From Cyanobacteria bacterium P01_D01_bin.156 (GTDB lineage: Bacteria > Cyanobacteriota > Cyanobacteriia > Phormidesmidales > Phormidesmidaceae), in assembly GCA_039024555.1 (NCBI GenBank), contig JBCCQQ010000011.1, forward strand, positions 32,001 to 96,000: a stretch of DNA of 64,000 bases. Direction: 5' to 3'. Within the stretch, counting starts at the first letter, position 1, and every line of letters begins with the position of its first letter. Below, one piece after another: positions 1 through 10,471 of this stretch. The translations under genes were made by a program, and so were the position numbers. The notes beneath the pieces are model-generated. The model worked only from the letters and a program-made list of their open reading frames with translations, made no database searches and was not told the origin of the DNA.

Positions 1-187
1 TGCGGTGAAATCCCAGGGAAATACCAAGGCCCTGAGTTAATGCATGCAAACCAACGGCAACACCGATAGCGCTCCAACTAAAATTACTTGGCAGCAGCGC
101 TAGAAGAGCTAAAACATGAAGAATAATTGTTGAAATTACCACCGACCAGCGTAGCCGGGGCGTGGGTAAGGCTGCTGTAGAAACCAA
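1..187 (-). CDS. desC: Acyl-lipid delta-9 desaturase, N-terminal part (runs off the window edge; not in the ORF track)
   Basis: Manual translation from TTG at 187 gives LVSTAALPTPRLRWSVVISTIILHVLALLALLPSNFSWSAIGVAVGLHALTQGLGISLGFHR. The PSNFSW and GLGI(S/T)LGFHR motifs lead into His-box 1 of cyanobacterial DesC-type desaturases. Confidence 0.8.
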   Translation of the reverse strand, partial: MVSTAALPTPRLRWSVVISTIILHVLALLALLPSNFSWSAIGVAVGLHALTQGLGISLGFHR

Positions 188-397
188 AGACTTATTACCT
201 GATTCAAGATAGATATGGCAGGGTATTCCCCTTAGGGCAGGGTAACATATCCCTTTTGCTGTAGCGTGATATCACGGGCATTGCGCCACGGCTCTATGTC
301 GCCCATTGCCTTATTCAATTGCTATTAGCGACCCTATGGCTTGGCAAGAGGAATGAAAGCGATAAGCTAGTTATGCAAAGTCGCCTCGCTCCGTTGC

Positions 398-1765
398 ATG
401 CAGACGTCAGAAAACGATACCAACTCAACCCTCAAACTGGATACTAGCCTAGCATCCAATACCGCTGGGTTTGATGCCCATGAACCACCCGACCCGTCAT
501 TGATTAATGCCTGTGTTCACTGTGGTTTTTGTCTGACCACCTGCCCTAGCTATCGGGTAATTGGTAAGGAGACTGACTCTCCGCGAGGGCGAATTTATTT
601 GATGGATGCCATCAACCAGGGGGAAGCTCCTTTATCAGAGGTGGCCGTAAGTCATTTTGAGTCATGTCTAGGATGTTTAGCCTGTACCACGGCCTGTCCA
701 TCGGGGGTTCAATATGACCGGCTAATCGATTCGGTGCGATCGCAGGTAAACCGCAACCATCAGCGCCCTCTGCCTGTTCAACTATTGCGCCAATTAATCT
801 TCTCCCTATTTCCCTATCCAGATCGAATTCGGCTACTGCTGAGTCCCCTGGCCCTGTACCAATGGTCAGGGGTTTCTAGACTAATTCGTAGAACTGGCCT
901 ACTTGACCGCTTTACGCCTCAGCTAGCCGCGATGGAGTCCCTGCTGCCCACTGTGACCCCCCAGTGTTTTCAAGATAATTTGCCAGATATCGTTCCAGCC
1001 CAGGGCCAACAGCGCTATCGCGTAGGCATGATTTTAGGCTGTGTGCAACGGGTCTTTTTTTCTAATGTCAACGAAGCCACTGCCCGAGTGCTCAGCGCCA
1101 ACGGCTGTGAAGTGATCATCCCCAAAAGCCAGGGATGCTGTTCAGCGCTGCCTGCCCACCAGGGAGAAACAGCGCAGGCCGAGGCACTGGCCCGCCAGAT
1201 GATCGACAGCTTTGCCGACACCGATGTCGACTACATCATCATCAACGCCGCTGGCTGTGGCCACACACTTAAGGATTACGGTCACATTTTGAAGGACGAT
1301 CCAGCCTACTGTGACCGGGCTAAAGCCTTTAGTAATAAGGTTAAGGACATCCAAGAATTTTTAACAGACGTAGGGTTAACGGCTAAACTATCGCCCCTTA
1401 CTCAGGAGCCCCTAAAGCTGGTTTATCAAGATGCCTGTCATCTCCGCCATGGTCAGGGAATTACCCAGCCTCCTCGACAGCTACTCAGGCAAATCCCCAA
1501 CGTTACTGTAGTCGACCCTATCGATGCTGAACTGTGTTGCGGCAGTGCAGGCGTGTACAACATGCTGCAACCCGATGTGGCCAACCAACTGGGACAAATG
1601 AAGGCCGCTAACCTAGTCAATACAGGGGCAACTCTAATTGCCTCATCAAACCCTGGCTGCGCTCTCCAAATTAAGAAGCATCTGCCTAATCAAAGCCGAG
1701 TCTTACCTCTGATGCATCCCATTGAATTGTTGGACAAGGCGATTATGGGTGAATCTTTAGACTAA
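398..1765 (+). CDS. glcF: Glycolate oxidase iron-sulfur subunit
   Basis: Two 4Fe-4S motifs (CVHCGFCLTTCP, CLGCLACTTACP), SPRGRI, and two cysteine-rich CCG-type domains (GCCSAL, CCGSAGVYN). Confidence 0.9.
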   Translation: MQTSENDTNSTLKLDTSLASNTAGFDAHEPPDPSLINACVHCGFCLTTCPSYRVIGKETDSPRGRIYLMDAINQGEAPLSEVAVSHFESCLGCLACTTACPSGVQYDRLIDSVRSQVNRNHQRPLPVQLLRQLIFSLFPYPDRIRLLLSPLALYQWSGVSRLIRRTGLLDRFTPQLAAMESLLPTVTPQCFQDNLPDIVPAQGQQRYRVGMILGCVQRVFFSNVNEATARVLSANGCEVIIPKSQGCCSALPAHQGETAQAEALARQMIDSFADTDVDYIIINAAGCGHTLKDYGHILKDDPAYCDRAKAFSNKVKDIQEFLTDVGLTAKLSPLTQEPLKLVYQDACHLRHGQGITQPPRQLLRQIPNVTVVDPIDAELCCGSAGVYNMLQPDVANQLGQMKAANLVNTGATLIASSNPGCALQIKKHLPNQSRVLPLMHPIELLDKAIMGESLD

Positions 1766-1919
1766 GCTCCTCCAGCTTGTGCTCCCAAATATTGATAACG
1801 AAACAACTCTCTCTGGCCATAGGTTAGTGCTGTTTCTCTCCAACGTTTTCAAATTCTCTCCTGCACCCTGGGTATCCTAAGCCAGGAATACACCCTATAG
1901 GTGTTGAGGAGCTAGGCAT

Positions 1920-4070
1920 TTGTGGCAGTGGTTTTCATCCAATCAATACATGCCCCATGGGCATTGTTACCTATGGCAAACGCCGTTGGTGAGCTTACAT
2001 GTGGTCAGCAATATAGTGATTGCCCTGGCCTATTTTTCCATTCCATTGACCTTATTTTATTTTGCATTTAGGCGCCGCCACGAAATTGCCTCTGTTCAGG
2101 TATTCTGGCTATTTGGAGCTTTTATTACTCTTTGTGGCACAGGTCATCTCTTAGATGTTTGGACTCTATGGTATCCAGACTATTGGGTATCAGGCATCGT
2201 TCGAGCCTGTACGGCTCTTGTATCAGCACTTACAGCTGTTGAGCTGATCACCCTGTTACCTAAATTTTTAACCCTCAAATCACCCTCTGAACTGGCCCAA
2301 GTCAACCAACAATTAAAAATAGAAATCAACCGTCGCCGTAATGCCCAAATCGCTTTTCAAAGCTTAGTTGCCTGCACCTCTTTAACCACAAGCGAAGAAT
2401 TCTTTTCGACGCTTGTGGTCAGTTTGGCGATGCTGCTAAATGTGAAAACTGTTGTCATGGCAGAGCGCGCTGACTTGGAGACTTTTGAGCTGCGGGCCCT
2501 AGCCATATGGCACCATAACAAGCTACAGGCCAATAGGTCTATGGCGGCGGCTCAAGTGCTCTGCACAGAGGTCCTCGAAACGGGCAAAATGTTGCACTGT
2601 CGGTCTTCTCAACCCGATGAGAACTTGCCCATAGAACAGTTTGAAGCCACCACATATCTGGGAGTTCCCCTACTAGATAATCAAGGTCAGGTAATTGGCG
2701 TACTGTTCATTCTCCACAGCAAGCCTTTGGAAGATCTTGACCTAGCACAATCGTTTTTACAGGTGTTTGCGGCTCGTTCAGCGGCAGAACTTAAACGTAC
2801 CCATGCCGAACGAGCGTTACAAAATGCCCATGATGATTTGGAAAATCGGATTCAACAACGTACGGCTGAACTACAAACTGCTAAAGATACTGCCGAGGTA
2901 GCCAATCGCGCTAAAGGTATATTTTTAGCAAAAATCAGCCACGAGCTACGCACTCCCCTCAATGCAATTTTGGGCTTTACCCAAGTTATGGCTCAAGATG
3001 CTGCTCTGTCTACAGAACATAGTCGTTCCCTAGAAATCATAGAGTCTAGTGGTTCTCACCTACTCGATTTAATTAACAATATTTTGGACTTTATTCAGTT
3101 AGACATGGACCATGCTCAGCTCCAGCTCCATGAAATCGATTTGTCGAGGCTTTTTTATCAGTTGGGGGGAATGGTTCAGCTAAAAGCTCAAGACAAAGGG
3201 TTAAAGCTACGGGTAGAGTGCGATCGCACTTTACCCAAACGTATTCGTATCGATGCCAGTAAACTAAGGCAAGTTGTTCTAAATCTGCTGGATAATGCCA
3301 TCAAATATACCGACGTGGGCCATGTGTCGCTCAAAGCCCACTCCATTCATCAAGCCAGTACTGTTTACTTAGGCATAGAAATCTCTGACACCGGCCGAGG
3401 CATTAATGACCGTGAACAAAAGAGAATCTTTAATCCCTTTTACCAAGCCACCCTACCCTCTACAGTACATGACGCCAGCGAGCAGGGGGTAGGGCTAGGA
3501 CTCGCGATCTGTCAGAGCTTGATCAAACTCATGGGCGGTGAAATCCGCTGCCACAGTACCCTTAACAAAGGCTCCACATTTTATATTCAGCTGCCAATAG
3601 AGGTAGTCCAGCCAACGACTACTCAGCCCCCCAAACAACCCTTAGCCCCATCTGCAAATATCGTCCAACACCACCATGAGATTTTGGTTGTTGAAGATGC
3701 CCCCACCAACCGTCTGCTATTGCGCAACATATTGGGTGCCTCGGGTTTCCAGGTGCGCGAGGCTGAAAATGGTCAACAAGCGATTGAACAATGGCAGATT
3801 TCCCGACCATCCCTTGTTTTAATGGATATCCAGATGCCGGTTATGAATGGCTATGATGCCACCACCCATATCAAAAAGAAGGATCCCAATTTACCCATCA
3901 TTGCCCTAACCGCCAGCACCTTCTCCGCTCAGTTAGAAGAGATTTTCGCTGTCGGCTGCGATGCTTGTATTCACAAACCCTTCAAACGGGGGCATCTGCT
4001 AAAAGTTATTCAAGCACATCTGCCAAAGGTTGCTCCACTGGAAACGCCCCCCATCACTCAATTGGCATAA
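1920..4070 (+). CDS. Hybrid histidine kinase: ethylene-receptor-like 3-TM input, GAF, HisKA, HATPase, receiver
   Basis: N-terminus AYFSIP...FGAFITLCGTGH; H-box SHELRTPLNAILGF; N/G boxes NAIKYT, DTGRGI, GVGLGL; receiver LMDIQMP...KP. Confidence 0.9.
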   Translation: MWQWFSSNQYMPHGHCYLWQTPLVSLHVVSNIVIALAYFSIPLTLFYFAFRRRHEIASVQVFWLFGAFITLCGTGHLLDVWTLWYPDYWVSGIVRACTALVSALTAVELITLLPKFLTLKSPSELAQVNQQLKIEINRRRNAQIAFQSLVACTSLTTSEEFFSTLVVSLAMLLNVKTVVMAERADLETFELRALAIWHHNKLQANRSMAAAQVLCTEVLETGKMLHCRSSQPDENLPIEQFEATTYLGVPLLDNQGQVIGVLFILHSKPLEDLDLAQSFLQVFAARSAAELKRTHAERALQNAHDDLENRIQQRTAELQTAKDTAEVANRAKGIFLAKISHELRTPLNAILGFTQVMAQDAALSTEHSRSLEIIESSGSHLLDLINNILDFIQLDMDHAQLQLHEIDLSRLFYQLGGMVQLKAQDKGLKLRVECDRTLPKRIRIDASKLRQVVLNLLDNAIKYTDVGHVSLKAHSIHQASTVYLGIEISDTGRGINDREQKRIFNPFYQATLPSTVHDASEQGVGLGLAICQSLIKLMGGEIRCHSTLNKGSTFYIQLPIEVVQPTTTQPPKQPLAPSANIVQHHHEILVVEDAPTNRLLLRNILGASGFQVREAENGQQAIEQWQISRPSLVLMDIQMPVMNGYDATTHIKKKDPNLPIIALTASTFSAQLEEIFAVGCDACIHKPFKRGHLLKVIQAHLPKVAPLETPPITQLA

Positions 4071-4169
4071 CCCTGCTTCATCCTTGCCAGAATACCAAAA
4101 GCACCCAGCAGGAATTAGAAAAACCCTTTACACTACGAGCAGAAAGCAGCCTTAGCTCCATTTTCATTC

Positions 4170-4595
4170 ATGGCCAACTGGAAAATTAAGCTCCTGTACG
4201 ATAGCGATTGCCCCCTATGTTTGCGCGAAGTGAGTTTTTTGCAAAAAAAGGATAAGGGGCGCGGTCTTATTAACTTCGTTGATATTGCAGCTGACGATTA
4301 CGACCCTCAAGATAATGGAGATGTCTCCTTTGAAGCAGCTATGGAGCGAATCCACGGCATTCTTCCTGATGGTAGCGTCATTCAGAACGTTGAAGTTTTT
4401 CGTCAGGTTTACAGCATTCTCGGTATGGGCTGGATTTATGCTCCCACCCAATGGCCCGTGATCGGACCTGTTGTGGATCAGCTCTACAACATTTGGGCCG
4501 TTTGGCGCTTAAAGTTAACTGGCCGCCCGGACCTAGCTACCATTGTGGCCCAGCGCAACCAACGCTGTTCAGTAGCCGCAGATTGTCGACTCTAG
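4170..4595 (+). CDS. DCC1/DUF393 thiol-disulfide oxidoreductase family protein
   Basis: N-terminal LLYDSDCPLC (DxxCxxC) motif and typical length. Confidence 0.85.
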   Translation: MANWKIKLLYDSDCPLCLREVSFLQKKDKGRGLINFVDIAADDYDPQDNGDVSFEAAMERIHGILPDGSVIQNVEVFRQVYSILGMGWIYAPTQWPVIGPVVDQLYNIWAVWRLKLTGRPDLATIVAQRNQRCSVAADCRL

Positions 4596-4635
4596 CTTTT
4601 CACCTGTGGGACTTTTCAATGCCCCTTAGCCCCTT

Positions 4636-5664
4636 ATGCCCATTGATCTTAGAAGCGATACAATCACTCAGCCAACCTCTGGCATGCGGGAAGCCATCGC
4701 CACTGCCCAGGTGGGAGATGATGTTTTAGGAGATGATCCAACCGTACAAGAGCTAGAGAAGTTAGTAGCCAGCTTGCTAGGAAAGGAAGCGGCTGTCTAT
4801 ATGCCCTCTGGAACCATGACCAATCAGGTAGCCCTGCGTGCCCATACGGAACCTGGGGATGAAGTGGTGTTAGAGTCTCAAGCTCACATTTATTATTATG
4901 AAGGGGGGGGACCAGCTGCCCTTTCAGGCGTGATGTGCCGTTTGATCAAGGGGGAAAACGGCATTTTTACAGCGACGGAACTCCAAAAAGCATTACGCCC
5001 CAACGACGTACACTTTCCAAGAACTAAGCTGGTCTGCTTGGAAAATACCCACAATCGTGGTGGTGGAAAGATCTATCCACTTTCCGACATTGCAGACATT
5101 GCCCAAGTATGCAAAGCAAACCAACTCAAATTGCATTTGGACGGGGCCCGGTTCTGGAATGCTTGTGTAGCCACAGGTATTTCTGAAGCTAGTTACAGTG
5201 AGCCCTTTGACTCCATAAGTGTCTGTTTTTCTAAAGGGTTGGGGGCACCTGTCGGTTCTGCTCTAGTGGGCTCTCAGGCATTTATCGATCGAGCCCGACG
5301 GTTTCGCAAAATGTTTGGTGGTGGCATGCGCCAAGCAGGCATGATGGCGGCTGGTGCTATCTATGCCCTTAAACACCATCGAGCTCGTCTAGAAGACGAT
5401 CACATTAATGCAAAATATTTGGCTGAGCGTTTGCAGGCCATTCCCGGCATTGAGATTGATGCCAGAAGTGTACAAACCAACATTGTTGTTTTTAAAACAA
5501 CCACGGTACCTGCCGCTGTATTGGTTGAACGCCTTCGACTTAAAGGTGTTTATATGTTAGCTATCGGCCTGGGGTCTGTTAGAGCAGTTACAAATCTCAT
5601 GGTCAATGACCAGCAAATCCAAAAGGTCCCAGCACTGATTGAGCTAGCATTGAACGGAGAATAA
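4636..5664 (+). CDS. ltaE: Low-specificity L-threonine aldolase
   Basis: IDLRSDT, SGTMTNQ, ENTHN, HLDGAR, PLP-lysine CFSKGLGAPVGS, GGGMRQAG. Confidence 0.93.
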   Translation: MPIDLRSDTITQPTSGMREAIATAQVGDDVLGDDPTVQELEKLVASLLGKEAAVYMPSGTMTNQVALRAHTEPGDEVVLESQAHIYYYEGGGPAALSGVMCRLIKGENGIFTATELQKALRPNDVHFPRTKLVCLENTHNRGGGKIYPLSDIADIAQVCKANQLKLHLDGARFWNACVATGISEASYSEPFDSISVCFSKGLGAPVGSALVGSQAFIDRARRFRKMFGGGMRQAGMMAAGAIYALKHHRARLEDDHINAKYLAERLQAIPGIEIDARSVQTNIVVFKTTTVPAAVLVERLRLKGVYMLAIGLGSVRAVTNLMVNDQQIQKVPALIELALNGE

Positions 5665-5721
5665 CCGACTAGGTGTACCTAGCAAGCTGCAGAATATATT
5701 CCGCAGCTCAGTGTCCCATGG

Positions 5722-6282
5722 CTAGAAGTAAACAGCACCGACAGTGTCGTAATAAACAACTGTGGACGTCTCTAAAATACTGGGCCATTTAGCATCTGCT
5801 TTAGCAATATTTCCAGGAACATCCCCTTGCCACTGCCGTTGTACATCCAGGCTGTAATTGAGGTATAGCTTACCCTCTACAATATCCCAAGCTTCCGGTA
5901 CTGTAGATGCCATATTTCCTTCACTGAGTGCCTTTGCGCAATACCCTCCATACTGGGGGGCATAGGCGTCAGGATTGTTAGCAAACAATTGCTTATGGGC
6001 AGCACTGGAAAACCGCCAAGTTGCACCATTCCATTCATATTCGTAGTCACTGCTGCCTTCTACTGGAGCACCCACAGTGAAATAAGCAACCGGATCGTAC
6101 CCCCGAATAGCTAGGCTATCACCGGTCTGGGGGTCTGAAAATACAGCTGGAATATCGTCACTTGTTTGAGTCTCAATAACAGCTGCACAGGGATTGGCCT
6201 GGGCGGTTGTAAATTGAGCAGGCACAGCCATCAAACTGACTAAAGATGCCGCAATTAAAGTGGATAGATAAGTAATTTTCAT
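5722..6282 (-). CDS. Secreted YHS-domain protein
   Basis: Signal peptide from ATG 6282 (MKITYLSTLIAASLVSLMAVPA); AIRGYDPVAYF and YAPQYGGYCA family motifs. Confidence 0.85.
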   Translation of the reverse strand: MKITYLSTLIAASLVSLMAVPAQFTTAQANPCAAVIETQTSDDIPAVFSDPQTGDSLAIRGYDPVAYFTVGAPVEGSSDYEYEWNGATWRFSSAAHKQLFANNPDAYAPQYGGYCAKALSEGNMASTVPEAWDIVEGKLYLNYSLDVQRQWQGDVPGNIAKADAKWPSILETSTVVYYDTVGAVYF

Positions 6283-6668
6283 GGACCTAACAATACATAG
6301 CAACCAAACCAGATAACCGCTCAATTCGCCGCTAGCAACAAAATCAACCGGTACACGGCTATCCTGACATCAATGTCTGTCTTCAACCTGAGAGTCTGCT
6401 GAATTGAACCTAAACTTTTTCGCAGTTGAATAATTAGCTGTTACTCATACCCGGCTGAGTCACGCCGTTGGTATCTACTTTGGTGGGTGTCCCAGCAGGA
6501 AACCTTGACGGCTGCTGCCGCCGCGATGGGTCTCGGCTATGATGACCGCTCGTCGCATCGTGGGCACTTTCACCAGGGAATTCATTGTTGTCAAAAACAC
6601 TCACGGACTCTCTTCTCAACTAAGGGTGTAAGGAAGGACTCTATCTCAATCAGAGGAATTGAGTGAGA

Positions 6669-7160
6669 CTACATGTTATGACAGGATTCCTGGCTCTCTT
6701 TCTGATATTCGGCAACCTTGTAAGTGGCTAACGACTGTTGTACCATCCTACGTGTTGTTATCTCTGGAAATATGCGATAACTCGGCGCAATAATTTCCTC
6801 AATCGCGGTTGGCTCAACCTCAATTACGGCAAGAATTCGAAAGGTATCTCCCACTATTTTTGCTAAGGTAACCGATGGCTCTAGATAGCGCTTGTGAGAT
6901 TCTCGAAGCACCATAGCCGTCCCACGAACTTTGTACCCTTTTTGCGTAAACACATCAATGAAACTGAGACAGACGCATGGATTGTTTTCTATATTTTGAA
7001 TAGTTTGAGGTGAGGTAATATGGGCAACAATAATTTTTCCTTTTCCATCATGCGTAAAAGCCTCTTTGGGCGATACGTTTGGGCTCCCATCCGGTGCAAC
7101 AGTTGCAAACCAGCAGAGCACGCTCGATTCTATTGATTGTGCAACTTCTCTGGAAATCAT
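6669..7160 (-). CDS. Pyridoxamine 5'-phosphate oxidase family FMN-binding protein
   Basis: WFATVAPDGSPNVSPK...NIENNP...GYKVRG pattern. Confidence 0.8.
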   Translation of the reverse strand: MISREVAQSIESSVLCWFATVAPDGSPNVSPKEAFTHDGKGKIIVAHITSPQTIQNIENNPCVCLSFIDVFTQKGYKVRGTAMVLRESHKRYLEPSVTLAKIVGDTFRILAVIEVEPTAIEEIIAPSYRIFPEITTRRMVQQSLATYKVAEYQKESQESCHNM

Positions 7161-7288
7161 AATTTCACCAAAACATTAAACCGGCCGACCTGAGCAATCT
7201 TAAAATCAACCTCTAGTTATAGAGCGGCCTTAGATTTTCTTGCTAGGTTGATGCTGAATGTAGCAATCCCTAACTATGGAGTCAACAG

Positions 7289-8245
7289 ATGGTCAGTGTA
7301 GTTAAGTTTGGCAACGGCGATCAAATGCCCATGTTGGGATTGGGTACATGGAAATCTGGCCCTGGTGATGTATATAATGCTGTAAAGCATGCGATCGCAG
7401 CCGGGTATCGCCACATTGACTGTGCCCACATCTATGGCAACGAAGCCGAAATTGGTCGTGCCCTCTCAGAGTCTTTTCAGAGCGGTATGGTCAGTCGAGA
7501 ACAACTGTGGATCACCTCCAAACTGTGGAACGATGCTCATGCACCGGAGGATGTACAACCAGCTCTAGAAGTGACCCTCTCAAATTTGCAACTAGACTAT
7601 CTGGACTTATACCTTATCCATTGGCCTGTCGCTATGAAAAAGGGCAGCTCATTTCCCCTCACACCAGAGAAGTTAATCTCCTTAAATGAACTATCCCTTT
7701 TGGCTACCTGGCAGGCAATGGAACCTCTTGTAGATAAAAGGCTTTGCCATCACATTGGGGTGTCTAATTTTAGCGTTGCAAAATTACAAAATCTGTTAGA
7801 TGACGCCAAAATCAAACCCGAAATGAACCAGATTGAGCTGCATCCTTACCTGCAACAGTCCGCAATGTTGGATTTTTGCAACGCCAACAATATCCATCTG
7901 ACCGCCTATTCTCCGCTGGGATCTTCAGATCGTCCCAGCAGCTTAAAAGCAGAGGATGAGCCAGTTTTACTAGAAGAACCCACTATTGCTGCCATTGCTG
8001 AACGCCATGGGGTAACTTCCGCCCAGGTTCTTTTAAGCTGGGCTATGCAGCGAGGGACTGTAGTGATTCCAAAATCAGTAAATCCGGACCGAATTCGACA
8101 AAATTTAGCGTCAGCTGATGTTGTTTTAACTCCGGAAGACATGCAAACAATTGCCAGCCTCAATTTAGATCGTCGCTATGTTGATGGAGCATTTTGGCAG
8201 GTCGAAGGAGGTCCCTATACGATGGCAAACATTTGGGATTTATAA
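7289..8245 (+). CDS. Aldo/keto reductase
   Basis: GLGTW, GYRHIDCAHIYGNE, LDLYLIHWP, IGVSNF, IPKS motifs. Confidence 0.93.
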   Translation: MVSVVKFGNGDQMPMLGLGTWKSGPGDVYNAVKHAIAAGYRHIDCAHIYGNEAEIGRALSESFQSGMVSREQLWITSKLWNDAHAPEDVQPALEVTLSNLQLDYLDLYLIHWPVAMKKGSSFPLTPEKLISLNELSLLATWQAMEPLVDKRLCHHIGVSNFSVAKLQNLLDDAKIKPEMNQIELHPYLQQSAMLDFCNANNIHLTAYSPLGSSDRPSSLKAEDEPVLLEEPTIAAIAERHGVTSAQVLLSWAMQRGTVVIPKSVNPDRIRQNLASADVVLTPEDMQTIASLNLDRRYVDGAFWQVEGGPYTMANIWDL

Positions 8246-8431
8246 TTTTGCGCGTTATCTATCGGCCAAAAGGCGGATTTAATCTAGTGAAAACTAGCAG
8301 CATATTGAACATAGGCTTAAATGGAGTAATGAGAGTAAGCCATCCAAGTTGACGGGAGACGACCCATAAGACAACCGAGACAAATTCAAAATTCAGTAAT
8401 CAGCGGGTTAAGGTTATCTACACCATTACCG

Positions 8432-10282
8432 TTGCGCCTTGTCTTACTCGTACCCATTCTACTGCAGATTGTAATTGCTGTTGTTTTAACAGGATATTTC
8501 TCCTGGCGTAACGGGCAAAAAACAGTCGATGACCTAGCCAGTCATTTGAGTCGGGAAATTACGGCCCATGTAGAAGACCATATCCAGAGCTATACAGAAA
8601 TACCGCCATTGTTAATGCAAATCAACAAGTTAGCTGTTGAGAATGGCAACCTGGATGTGAACAACTACCCGGTGATGACCCAGTACTTCTGGAATCAAAC
8701 TCAGCTATCGCCAGCGGCCCCCTACATGTATTTTGCTAATTCGGCAGGAGATTTTGTTGGCGTTTGGCGCGAAATCGATCAACTGACGACATTACGATTA
8801 AGAACTGAACAAACTGCCCCAAACCGTGAAATCTATCGCCTCGATCGCCAAGGAAATCGTCAAGAACTGCTCAGGCAAGAAACCTTTGACCCAAGAATTC
8901 GTCCCTGGTATCGGGTGGCCCTAGCAAGCCAACAGCCCACTTGGTCAGACATCTACGTCTTCGCCTATCCACCGAGACTGGGCATGACCTATGCTTCTCC
9001 AGTTTACGATGATGCCAATTCCTTACTTGGGGTATTGGCCATTGATTTAACCTTGGCTGATATTAGCAAGTTTCTGCAGCAGCTACATGTAAGCCAAGCC
9101 GGTCAGGTGTTTATCATTGAGCGCTCAGGTAATTTGGTGGCAAGCTCCACCATAGAGCTCCCCTTTGTTCAAGTGGGGAATCAGGAAACTCGCCTGGCCT
9201 CTACAGAAAGTGACAATCCCTTAATTCGTGAGACAACCCAAGCTCTGATTACAAAGCATGGCAATCTAGCTAACCTAACAACAGATAAACAGTTTATTCA
9301 TAGTATTGCAGGGCAACATCAATTTATTCAGGCTGTTCCCTTTAGTCCACAGCCCGGTCTAGATTGGTTAATTGTTGTAGTAATTCCTCGATCAGAGTTT
9401 ACTGACTATATCCAAGCGAACAATTACACCACCTTAACGATTTGTTTTCTCACCCTAGTGATTGCATCAATCTTAGCGATTGTGACAGCCCAATGGATTG
9501 CTCGACCTTTACATTTCCTTAGCAAAATATCTGAGTCATTTGCCCAACGGGCCATTGCTACGGATTTTATGGAGAATAAGACATTTTCTACGCCAGTGTC
9601 ATCTGTTATTCGAGAAGTTCAATTGCTAGCCTTGGCGTTCAATAATATGTCTCAGCAGCTAAGAACCGCTCTGCAAGATCTCGCAAACAATAATGCTGAA
9701 CTTGAACAGCGTATTGCACAACGCACTGAAGAGCTTGAAGCGGCCAATAAAGAGCTACAGCAATATGCCACTATAGATAGCCTGACCCAGGTTGCAAACC
9801 GGCGTCGATTTGATGAATATCTCGACTATGTGTGGCGGTGGTTAATACGCGAGCAACAACCCTTGGCTTTAATTTTTTGTGATGTTGATTATTTCAAGTT
9901 ATATAACGATACCTATGGCCACCCGGTAGGAGACAGCTGTCTGCAACAGATAGCAAAGGCTATGCTGGCCGTGGCTGAACGTCCCACAGATTTAGTAGCA
10001 CGGTATGGAGGTGAAGAATTTGCAATTATTTTGCCCAAAACTCAGTTTGAAGGAGCTGTAAAAGTGGCTGAACAATTACAGCAACATATTCAACAGCTTA
10101 ATATTCCTCACTCAGCTTCTGAGGTTAGTGATCGGGTAACGGTGAGCATTGGCGTTGCCTGGATTTTTCCACACCCCCACCAACTTCCGAAGACGTTAGT
10201 GACCTATGCCGATCAATCGCTGTATGAGGCTAAGGCTCAAGGGCGAGATCAGATTATTAGCGTTTGTGTTGTGTCTGAGTAA
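8432..10282 (+). CDS. Diguanylate cyclase (TM-Cache-TM-HAMP-GGDEF)
   Basis: Two TM helices flank a Cache domain (FDPRIRPWY); intact RYGGEEF with RPTD (RxxD) I-site. Confidence 0.9.
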   Translation: MRLVLLVPILLQIVIAVVLTGYFSWRNGQKTVDDLASHLSREITAHVEDHIQSYTEIPPLLMQINKLAVENGNLDVNNYPVMTQYFWNQTQLSPAAPYMYFANSAGDFVGVWREIDQLTTLRLRTEQTAPNREIYRLDRQGNRQELLRQETFDPRIRPWYRVALASQQPTWSDIYVFAYPPRLGMTYASPVYDDANSLLGVLAIDLTLADISKFLQQLHVSQAGQVFIIERSGNLVASSTIELPFVQVGNQETRLASTESDNPLIRETTQALITKHGNLANLTTDKQFIHSIAGQHQFIQAVPFSPQPGLDWLIVVVIPRSEFTDYIQANNYTTLTICFLTLVIASILAIVTAQWIARPLHFLSKISESFAQRAIATDFMENKTFSTPVSSVIREVQLLALAFNNMSQQLRTALQDLANNNAELEQRIAQRTEELEAANKELQQYATIDSLTQVANRRRFDEYLDYVWRWLIREQQPLALIFCDVDYFKLYNDTYGHPVGDSCLQQIAKAMLAVAERPTDLVARYGGEEFAIILPKTQFEGAVKVAEQLQQHIQQLNIPHSASEVSDRVTVSIGVAWIFPHPHQLPKTLVTYADQSLYEAKAQGRDQIISVCVVSE

Positions 10283-10471
10283 ATACAGGGTTATCGATGT
10301 GGTAAACGCCCATAGGCACACCATAAAGACGTACAGGCAATGACAACAGCGAAGGCTAAACCTGTAGCCATTCATATCCGACCCAATTTCACCATAAACC
10401 TATTCCCGTTTTATAAAAAGCCGTCATTAGAATAACGAAGTAATCTGATATCAACCTGAGAGCGCCTACAT

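Noticed and set aside
6434..6619. 61-aa minus-strand ORF or structured RNA
   Set aside because: Low-complexity hydrophilic peptide with no family or riboswitch consensus recognised; cannot be supported either way.
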